From: a virus
DNA: 64,000 bases
Virus record (IMG/VR): IMGVR_UViG_3300027861_000010
Reading direction: 5' to 3' (one strand)
Position 1 is the first letter of the stretch; each line of letters opens with the position of its first letter. Below, piece by piece: positions 34,415 to 41,934 of the stretch. The position numbers and the translations under genes were made by a program. The notes under the pieces were generated by a model that worked only from the letters and a program-made list of their open reading frames with translations, was not told the origin of the DNA and searched no databases.

Positions 34415-34957
34415 ATGGCCGCTCCACGGCAGATGACAGCCAACACCCTCAATGCGTTGAAGGGTTGGCCGCAAATGAACGCGGTTGATTACCACACGGA
34501 ATTCGATGCGTCGATTCCCGCTGGCGATCTTCCCGCCCTGGCTGGCTCAGTGGTTTCACTGAACAGCTCTGGAAACTTTATTCTGGGCGTCGGCACCACA
34601 AATGTGATGCCGCTGTTCTTGTTCAATAACTCGGACGATCCAGATGTCAGCAACGATGGTGGCGATGCCTCCACCGACGCTGGTGTCTTCATTCCGATTT
34701 CACCGACGGGCCAGGCAATGGCTCTCGTCGCTGTTGGTGCTTACGAGCTTGTGAGCACCGCGTACGTTGATGCTGCCTATGCTCCGAACGACCCGCTTAC
34801 CGCGGATCTCTCGGGCGGTGGTGCACCGGGTCAGCTGCAAGCTGGTACGTTGTACACCGACATGATTGTCGGCATTGTTTCTCGTGGCGTTGTCGACAAC
34901 GGGTACGGAAAGAACGCTTTGGCGTTCTGGCCATTCCCTGTGTTCCCGACTCCGTAA
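34415..34957 (+). CDS. Capsid decoration/cement-like protein
   Basis: Beta-rich, directly upstream of the capsid gene, strong AAGGAGG RBS. Confidence 0.55.
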   Translation: MAAPRQMTANTLNALKGWPQMNAVDYHTEFDASIPAGDLPALAGSVVSLNSSGNFILGVGTTNVMPLFLFNNSDDPDVSNDGGDASTDAGVFIPISPTGQAMALVAVGAYELVSTAYVDAAYAPNDPLTADLSGGGAPGQLQAGTLYTDMIVGIVSRGVVDNGYGKNALAFWPFPVFPTP

Positions 34958-35021
34958 CTTATAAGTCTCTGATCCGGCCTGATAAGCATCAGTCGGACGT
35001 AATACAAGGAGGTTTCCTCAA

Positions 35022-35969
35022 ATGGCTAACTCAACAGTCATGACTCAAGAAGAATCCAAACTTCTGAGTCAAGCGATCTTTGAGAAGCTGTCCTCGCGAG
35101 ATCCAAGTCTCGAGAAGCAGGCCGTTGACGCTGTCAACGACTTCACTCGTACGAAGATGCGTGAAGACGGATTCTACCGTCGGATCATGCCGCCGATTCC
35201 AATCGCCAATGACGATCTCGATCGTCAAGTCGATACGGACAAGCCGGTCAAGATCGTGGACAAAGAACCGGACAGCCCAGCTGCTGTGTCGATTCCGTTC
35301 GCCACGTTGCCGACGAATCTTTACATCAAGGGCGACCGTTACCGGGTGCACTTCGACCGAATCGTGACTCCCAAGTTCACGAAGGACGTCGACGAGTTGC
35401 GTACCTGGTACATGGATATTCGCCAGGTCCTTTCGGACAACGCGATCAAGGACATGCTGGCAGAGGAAGATGGCAAGTTCATCTCCGCCGTCAACACCGC
35501 GTTGGTCGGTCCTGGTCTGGTTGTTCCCACTTCGGGAACGGTTCAGTATCAGCAAATCGCTGGTGGCATCACCCGCGATACCCTGTGGGATTCGCTCAAG
35601 ATCATGCCCAACACGCCGTCGAACCTTGAAGTTCACTGCGTGCTGCTCAACAACATCACCATCAAGGAAGTGGCTAAGTTCAGCCGCAACGAGATGGGTG
35701 GTGACCTCTCCGAAGAGATCATGCGTAACGGCTGGACTCTGAGCGAGGCGATGGGCGTCAAGTGGGTGATTACGATCAAGAAGGGTCTCGTGCCAACCAA
35801 CACGATGTACCACTTCGCTGATCCCAAGTTCATAGGCAAGAGCTATATGCTCGAAGATACAACGATGTACATCCGTCGAGAGGCGTATTTCATCGAGTTC
35901 TTCGCCTACGAATCCCTGGGTGGAACACTGGGTCATACCTCTGGTTTGGCTCGCGTCGACTTCACCTAA
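35022..35969 (+). CDS. Major capsid protein
   Basis: AAGGAGG RBS, strongest codon bias in the window, position after protease and scaffold; leader ends EKQA (K32-A34). Confidence 0.8.
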   Translation: MANSTVMTQEESKLLSQAIFEKLSSRDPSLEKQAVDAVNDFTRTKMREDGFYRRIMPPIPIANDDLDRQVDTDKPVKIVDKEPDSPAAVSIPFATLPTNLYIKGDRYRVHFDRIVTPKFTKDVDELRTWYMDIRQVLSDNAIKDMLAEEDGKFISAVNTALVGPGLVVPTSGTVQYQQIAGGITRDTLWDSLKIMPNTPSNLEVHCVLLNNITIKEVAKFSRNEMGGDLSEEIMRNGWTLSEAMGVKWVITIKKGLVPTNTMYHFADPKFIGKSYMLEDTTMYIRREAYFIEFFAYESLGGTLGHTSGLARVDFT

Positions 35970-35988
35970 TCGTCATGGTTGCGGCAAA

Positions 35989-36018
35989 GGAGCCCGGTGG
36001 TTTCGGTCACCGGGCTCC
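35989..36018 (+). other. Stable UUCG hairpin 3' of capsid gene without U-tract
   Basis: GGAGCCCGGTG pairs with CACCGGGCTCC, two wobble pairs, TTCG loop. Confidence 0.7.
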
Positions 36019-36050
36019 CGACCCGGCTAACCCTTCATGGAGAAACAATC

Positions 36051-36326
36051 ATGGCAACTGCTTTTACAGGGTCTTACACTGATCAGAGTTTGACGACTCG
36101 AGCACCGTTCACGCCTCAGAGCCTTCCGGCTCCTGTCACGAATCCTCGTGATCTCGGTGAAAACCGAACCTACCGGAATGATCTGGCTGACTCCGCTCGA
36201 CAAGTTGATCTTTCTGCTCAGCAGGCCGATTCTAAACCTTTTCCTCCCAACAAGTGGGAACCTGGGTACGACCCTTACGCCAATGGCGGCGGACTGGAAG
36301 CGTACTTGGATAATTCAGGCGGGTAA
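36051..36326 (+). CDS. Small hypothetical protein
   Basis: GGAG RBS before ATG 36051. Confidence 0.55.
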   Translation: MATAFTGSYTDQSLTTRAPFTPQSLPAPVTNPRDLGENRTYRNDLADSARQVDLSAQQADSKPFPPNKWEPGYDPYANGGGLEAYLDNSGG

Positions 36327-36346
36327 CCGCTCACTTGCTGGAGGTT

Positions 36347-36360
36347 AAAATCCAGATTTT
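36347..36360. repeat. Palindrome copy AAAATCCAGATTTT (1 mismatch)
   Basis: Intergenic, directly abutting the GGAG RBS, the same geometry as at 11745. Confidence 0.75.
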
Positions 36361-36373
36361 GGAGAAATACGCT

Positions 36374-36772
36374 ATGTCGAAAGAAACGCAAGCAACCCTG
36401 CCAGATCCGGCAGATGCTTACAATCAGCTCTTCGACGGCGTGCACGCTCAGGTATTCCTCGGCAAACTTGCAAGTTACGGTATTCAGCCAAGCACTGAAA
36501 AGGAAGCCGCGGACTTGTTCACGCTTGCCGGACACCTGCGTCACGTCGATGGTCCTGAGAAGCAAGCCGCTGATCAGAGCCGCTTTGGGGGAGCTGTTAC
36601 GGCTCTCGATTCTGTTCTTGGTAACACACCTGAAGGTCGTCAGCAGTCCGCTGTCGAAGGCCAACAGGCAATCAAGCTGGCCGCTGCCGAGCTGATGCAA
36701 GACTCTAGCGTTTATGACGCTGTGCTCTCGCTGAAAGCTCACGAAGCTGCTGTCTTGGCTGGTGAGAAATAA
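36374..36772 (+). CDS. Small head-associated protein with K-x-A sites
   Basis: KLAS, KEAA, KQAA, KLAA. Confidence 0.6.
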   Translation: MSKETQATLPDPADAYNQLFDGVHAQVFLGKLASYGIQPSTEKEAADLFTLAGHLRHVDGPEKQAADQSRFGGAVTALDSVLGNTPEGRQQSAVEGQQAIKLAAAELMQDSSVYDAVLSLKAHEAAVLAGEK

Positions 36773-36783
36773 GGAGATTACTC

Positions 36784-37161
36784 ATGGCTCACACTTTTGA
36801 TGTCGACGGCAAGGTAATGGATACGTCTTGCCTGTATTCGACAGTAAAGAACATCTCTGGTGTGGCAAAGATCTTCGGATTCTTGCCGCCCCACGGACGT
36901 ACCCTTGCTGTCAATGAAGAGTTCACCGTTTTCGGTGACGTTCGCCAGGGTCTCGGTGGAAACCGAGGAGCTGAGCGAAGTGTCCATCGCCGAGATAACG
37001 CAGCCTTCGAGGCCGCGATTGAATCTGGTGATCTGGAAATTCTGCAGACTCCGAGTCCCGTCCTTCAGGATGTTGACACTGGTCTGCCGAAGATGCTCCA
37101 GTTGGCCAGCGGTGTACTTTCCGCAGTGGATCCTTGCTGGCACAATTCGATCAGTCAATAA
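36784..37161 (+). CDS. Hypothetical structural protein
   Basis: AAGGAG RBS; last gene before terminator. Confidence 0.6.
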   Translation: MAHTFDVDGKVMDTSCLYSTVKNISGVAKIFGFLPPHGRTLAVNEEFTVFGDVRQGLGGNRGAERSVHRRDNAAFEAAIESGDLEILQTPSPVLQDVDTGLPKMLQLASGVLSAVDPCWHNSISQ

Positions 37162-37185
37162 GACGATTGGATGCTGGCGAAATTC

Positions 37186-37226
37186 AAGGTCAATCGGTTA
37201 TCATGGTAACCGGTTGGCCTTTTTTT
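37186..37226 (+). terminator. Intrinsic terminator ending the head operon
   Basis: AAGGTCAATCGGTTA pairs with TAACCGGTTGGCCTT (G-U pairs), then T run. Confidence 0.8.
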
Positions 37227-37246
37227 CCACTTGGAGAGCGATCCAC

Positions 37247-38488
37247 ATGCTGAGCCTGATTACCCCAACACACAACCCTACTTACTTGACTGAGGCTTAC
37301 CACTCAATCAAGTTGCAGACGCACAAAGACTGGGAGTGGGTAATCGTCCCAAACGGGGAAGGCACGAAGATCCCTAATGTCATCACAGCAGACCCGCGGG
37401 TCCGCGTCATTGAAGGCGGTCGTGACCTACACAATGTAGGTGCTTTGAAGCGATTGGCTTGTGACAACGCTAAAGGCGATGCGTTCGTTGAGTTCGATCA
37501 CGATGACTTGCTTGTACCAGGAGTTAGTCTTCAACGCATTGCTGAGCGGTTTGCAGCAGGAGCCGGTTTCGTTTACTCCGACACCGCGGTGTTCCGCTAC
37601 AAGGCTCGACCGGAACAAAACAAGGAAGATTTTCCGACCTTCAGCAAGTACACGTACTCTGCTTTGCATGGTTGGAAAGAGTATCCAATTTACATCTACG
37701 GTCGCCACCTGTTAGCTACTGCCTGTTTTGAGATCACGCCGCGATCCTTGGCCGAGATCTATTACAGTCCTGACCACATTCGTTGCTGGTCTCGAAAAGC
37801 ATACTACGAAGCGGGCGGACACAATCCTGAGTTGCCAGTTTGCGACGATCACGAACTGATGATCAAAACGTACCTGACCGGCACCCCCTTTCACCACACA
37901 GGCGGCTGTAACTACCTGTACCGTTCGTTCGACCACAACACGGTTGTCATGCGGAACAAGCAGATTCAGAAGACTACTCGAGAGCTTAAGGAGACATACA
38001 CCCAGGCTTTGATTGAGTCCTGGGTAGCCCGCCACGGTCACGTCCAACTTGATCTGACTGAGCTGATCAATTCTGGTTGGAATGCAGATCGAGACCTACT
38101 AAAAGGGTTCGGGAATCAGCAAGTTGGGTACATCGTAGCGGACACCGAACTGCAGAAGCTTGAAGGTTGGCAAGTTCGGGAGTTCATGAACGAAGCTTAC
38201 GAAGCCCTGATTCCTGGGGGTTACCTCACAATCACGGTGCCTGAGGTCCACTCAGGTATGGGGTACGGCGACGTGGAGTGGAAATCACACTTCAGTGCGA
38301 CCAGCATGATGCCATATACTCGGAGAGCATTTGCCAGTAAGAACGGTAAGGTTACTTGCCGATTCCAGCAGATCAATTGCTTGGAGGTGTACCCATCAGA
38401 TTGGCACCGCGACAACAGCTTCAAGTACCTGAGGTTCGAGCTGGTAGCTCTCAAGGGGCAAAGGCACCCGGGGCTCCAGAACATTTGA
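37247..38488 (+). CDS. GT2 glycosyltransferase fused to a truncated class I methyltransferase-like domain
   Basis: SLITPTHN, Q..KDWEWVIVPNG, EFDHDD (DxD), CDDHELMIK; C-terminal EAYEALIPGGYLTITVP. Confidence 0.8.
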   Translation: MLSLITPTHNPTYLTEAYHSIKLQTHKDWEWVIVPNGEGTKIPNVITADPRVRVIEGGRDLHNVGALKRLACDNAKGDAFVEFDHDDLLVPGVSLQRIAERFAAGAGFVYSDTAVFRYKARPEQNKEDFPTFSKYTYSALHGWKEYPIYIYGRHLLATACFEITPRSLAEIYYSPDHIRCWSRKAYYEAGGHNPELPVCDDHELMIKTYLTGTPFHHTGGCNYLYRSFDHNTVVMRNKQIQKTTRELKETYTQALIESWVARHGHVQLDLTELINSGWNADRDLLKGFGNQQVGYIVADTELQKLEGWQVREFMNEAYEALIPGGYLTITVPEVHSGMGYGDVEWKSHFSATSMMPYTRRAFASKNGKVTCRFQQINCLEVYPSDWHRDNSFKYLRFELVALKGQRHPGLQNI

Positions 38489-38525
38489 GGTTGAATGAGG
38501 ATGCCTCATAGTTCAAAATAACCAT

Positions 38526-38555
38526 ACACTTTATCAGGTCTGAAAAGTGTTTTTT
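38526..38555 (+). terminator. Terminator-like hairpin
   Basis: ACACTTT-A-TCAG-GT-CTGA-AAAGTGT then T run. Confidence 0.55.
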
Positions 38556-38577
38556 AGCAAAACGAAAGGATTCGACC

Positions 38578-40560
38578 ATGGCGATTGCCGACGATTTTAG
38601 CGTGGCGGTTAACGGTGACATTCGTCACGTTTCCGGTACCACGACATACACTGTATTGGAATTTCACAGGTTTTTGCAGGACTTGGCAGACGATGCTCAA
38701 GCTTCCGGCAACGATCTTCTTGACATTACATCATCCACACCATCTGATCGCTCGACTGACAACATTATCTCGCTCAACTCCCCGTACAATGTTGATGATA
38801 CGGTAGCTGAGTACTTGTATGATGGTTCAATTACGCAGGGCGGTGGCAACACTGTTTACTCCGGTCTGCGGGTTCTTGGTGCTGTGAACACTGCCGCAAC
38901 GCAGTTATTCATCATTCAAGACAACGCTCTGTACCAATTCACCACAACACCGGCTTCTCCTTTCTGGGGAACGCAGGGTAGTGGTGGATACAACGGTAAC
39001 GCCGCTCAGGGTATTCTCATGCGTTGCCTTGTGAAGTCACGAGACAACGGTGCTGATATTGACGGGCAACGTATTCGAGTGCAAGCTCGACACTACGGCG
39101 ACACGTACGACTTTTTCAACGTGACCTTAGGGCAGGGCGAGTCTGTGGCTGCTATCTCGACCACGCCTGACGCACAGAACGATACGGCACAGGGAACTGT
39201 GACTGCGTACTCAGACGTGCTCAACAGTGGTGGAACAGCCAACGCACCGACCGGTGGTTATCAGACCATCGACCTGAACAATGGTAATGGTGCCCGTCCT
39301 TACTACTCGAAGTGGACCTACGGCTCTCAGGCAGATGGCTTGAAGGCGATTTGGGAATACACTAAGGACTTGACGGGGATGTCTCCGTCGCTGTCGTCTA
39401 AGTCGCTTGATTCGCTTGACGGTGGTTTGTTTCTTGGAATTACCCATGACCTCAATTACGACAACGAGGCGGGTGGTCCGTTTTCCGAGCGTGAAACTGT
39501 TGTGTGGGGAACAAAGATTTTCTACGACACACTGGTAAGTGGTCCGTTAACGGCTGGTAACTATGTCACGATCGGTTCCGGCGGTGCAGCTGGTCGCGTG
39601 ATGTACGACAACGCACTCGGTGGGTACTTGATCGTTGCATTGGAAGACACGTCGATTACCGTGTTGAATAACGATGTCATCACTGAGTTCTCTGGGCCAG
39701 GTGCAGCTGCTACCTCGACTACCGCTGCAGTTGACACAGGTGGCGGTGCTGTCCAGAACAATGACAAGTCTGGCGGTTCTGGCCTCCTACTTGCGTTGAA
39801 CGACACAGGAGCCGCTGGTGACATGTGGATTCAACTACTGACTGGCTCTGCTCCTTTGGACAATCTGCCACTGCTCGGTGTAACTTCCGAAGCTACAGCA
39901 GATGTGAACGGCTCGGCTCTGTCTCGTACGATTCCTAAAATCTTCACGGGTTCCTTTACTGGTTCGTACATCGGTGCGTTCGGTATCGGTATCGACGTAG
40001 CCGACTTGTCTGCTACTGACACGCTTGAGGATCTTCTTGCTGTTACACAGACTCCGCCTAACAACGTGACATTCACCGTTACTGGCTTGGTCTCCGGCGA
40101 GGACAGAGTTCTTGTTGGTCCTCGAAGTGCGGGTACGCTGAACAAGGCACAGGATACTCTAAACGGAACTTTGACTGATAACGTCACGACCAACGTCGCG
40201 ACTAACGTCGCGGTTCCGTCTGACACTCCTGCTTCGGGAACTGTTCGGATTGAAGATGACAACGGTGTCTACACCAGACAGGCTTACGCGTCGTACGCCG
40301 GATCAGCTTTCACGTTGTCGGCAGCCTACCAAGGTTCGGACAATGCGGACGCCAGTTCTGGGAACGACTTGTTCATCTCGTACATCGACCAGCTATCTTC
40401 GGGAAGCACAGCATCGTTCACGACGATCTATAGTTCTAACCGAGATCTCTTTGTTCGCGTTCGAGACGGGGGTGCTACTCCCATCAAGACGTTTGAAATT
40501 GGTGCGACTTTAACAGCTACCGGCGGTACGGTTGCTGCGATTCGCACGTCTGACGCGTAG
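38578..40560 (+). CDS. Tail fibre/appendage structural protein
   Basis: Gly/Thr/Ser/Asn-rich beta composition, no Cys clusters, heads the fibre module. Confidence 0.6.
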   Translation: MAIADDFSVAVNGDIRHVSGTTTYTVLEFHRFLQDLADDAQASGNDLLDITSSTPSDRSTDNIISLNSPYNVDDTVAEYLYDGSITQGGGNTVYSGLRVLGAVNTAATQLFIIQDNALYQFTTTPASPFWGTQGSGGYNGNAAQGILMRCLVKSRDNGADIDGQRIRVQARHYGDTYDFFNVTLGQGESVAAISTTPDAQNDTAQGTVTAYSDVLNSGGTANAPTGGYQTIDLNNGNGARPYYSKWTYGSQADGLKAIWEYTKDLTGMSPSLSSKSLDSLDGGLFLGITHDLNYDNEAGGPFSERETVVWGTKIFYDTLVSGPLTAGNYVTIGSGGAAGRVMYDNALGGYLIVALEDTSITVLNNDVITEFSGPGAAATSTTAAVDTGGGAVQNNDKSGGSGLLLALNDTGAAGDMWIQLLTGSAPLDNLPLLGVTSEATADVNGSALSRTIPKIFTGSFTGSYIGAFGIGIDVADLSATDTLEDLLAVTQTPPNNVTFTVTGLVSGEDRVLVGPRSAGTLNKAQDTLNGTLTDNVTTNVATNVAVPSDTPASGTVRIEDDNGVYTRQAYASYAGSAFTLSAAYQGSDNADASSGNDLFISYIDQLSSGSTASFTTIYSSNRDLFVRVRDGGATPIKTFEIGATLTATGGTVAAIRTSDA

Positions 40561-40584
40561 TGGGATAGATTATGGTTTGAAATT

Positions 40585-40620
40585 AGACCAGCAGGGAATC
40601 ACGCCCTGCTGGTCTTTGTA
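40585..40620 (+). terminator. Terminator-like hairpin
   Basis: Perfect 12-bp stem AGACCAGCAGGG/CCCTGCTGGTCT, then TTGTA. Confidence 0.7.
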
Positions 40621-40632
40621 TTGAGGGCTCTG

Positions 40633-41934
40633 ATGGCGTACAGCGACGACATAAACGCTTTGAACCCCGACCACTATTGGTCGTTTGATGGTAATTCTAA
40701 CGACGGCGTGGGGAGCCTTACCGGTACAAACACTACAGTAAACTTCTCAAACTCTGCTTTGACGAAAGATGCGACTAACTGTGCCACCATGACGGCTAAC
40801 GGTTCTCGCATTTCTTTTGCTTCTAGCACGGACTTGAACGGGCAGCTGAACCGCAAGTGCGTGGCCGGTTGGTTTAGCGTGAACAGTATTCAGCCGCCTC
40901 CGAAAAGAATTTACGGCGAGGGCACTGATGGGATATCTACTCCGCTGTTCCAGCTAGTACTAGCGTACGGCAATACCTTTATGTTTGAGGCAATTGATCC
41001 GTCTGGCATTAGTACCTATTTGTGCCAAGTGGTTGGCGAGAATGTCGCGGTTGCCAATCGGATCTACCACCTCTGTATGATATTTGAAGGTGATGCCTTT
41101 GCCGACGAGATTAGATTTTTCATTGATGGGGTTAGGCAGACCATTGAGATTCCTGACCCACCGACCATCGGCACATCGGACATAACTTCAAGAGGGCAGG
41201 CACAGCTGGGTGACCCGTCGGGTGCTTCCGGTGTTGGAGGTGGTACGCTTTTGCTACAAGCTGCCGACGAGAGCAGTTACCAGTATTGGGCAGCCTTCTC
41301 CGGTGCTGATGCAGTGTTGACCGAGACTGAAATCAGAGAAACGCTGTTTGAGCGAGGGGCTTTAGCTGACTTCACTGTTAGCACAAACACAGAAGCGAAC
41401 ATGCAGTCAGCGTTAAACGCGATCACTTCTTCGCAGGGTGACTCTCCTTGCTGCATTGAGATAGAGGCGGTGTCTGGCGGCGGCGACTTTACATTAACTA
41501 GCGATAAGGTCTTTGATGATTTAGCTTCTATTCACTTTCGGTATAACGGAACAGCAGATACTCTGACCCTTGTTAATACCACAGGAAACGCAAGTATAGG
41601 TGCGGCCCCGTTCGGAGGTACGCTACGAATTGCCGAACGGCAGACCTTAACTGTGACGGCTACTGATTTGAGAACTGGCGACCCTGTGCAGAATGCTCGC
41701 GTGTACATCGAAGCGGCTGCTGGTGGCGATTTAGCTGCGGGTACGGAGATCATGAACGAGCTAACAAACGTATCTGGAATCGCAACAGTTACATTTGATT
41801 ACGTAGTTGATCAACCGATTGTAGGTCGGGTCCGGCAAGGCACAACTGCACCGTACTACAAGACAGGAACCATAGCTGGTCCGCTGTCAGCGGAAGCGTT
41901 AGATGCTGTTATCCTGCTAGTGGAGGACGAATAA
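40633..41934 (+). CDS. LamG/concanavalin-like receptor-binding fibre protein
   Basis: PDHYWSFDG, AGWF, YHLCMIF, FFIDG, typical LamG strand pattern. Confidence 0.7.
   Translation: MAYSDDINALNPDHYWSFDGNSNDGVGSLTGTNTTVNFSNSALTKDATNCATMTANGSRISFASSTDLNGQLNRKCVAGWFSVNSIQPPPKRIYGEGTDGISTPLFQLVLAYGNTFMFEAIDPSGISTYLCQVVGENVAVANRIYHLCMIFEGDAFADEIRFFIDGVRQTIEIPDPPTIGTSDITSRGQAQLGDPSGASGVGGGTLLLQAADESSYQYWAAFSGADAVLTETEIRETLFERGALADFTVSTNTEANMQSALNAITSSQGDSPCCIEIEAVSGGGDFTLTSDKVFDDLASIHFRYNGTADTLTLVNTTGNASIGAAPFGGTLRIAERQTLTVTATDLRTGDPVQNARVYIEAAAGGDLAAGTEIMNELTNVSGIATVTFDYVVDQPIVGRVRQGTTAPYYKTGTIAGPLSAEALDAVILLVEDE

Noticed and set aside
35031-35936. 301-aa minus-strand ORF
   Set aside because: Antisense shadow of the codon-biased capsid gene; no RBS or motif
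36860-37246. Upstream extension of the GT2 ORF in the ORF track
   Set aside because: Overlaps another gene and crosses a terminator; ATG 37247 has a GGAG RBS and starts at the GT2 fold
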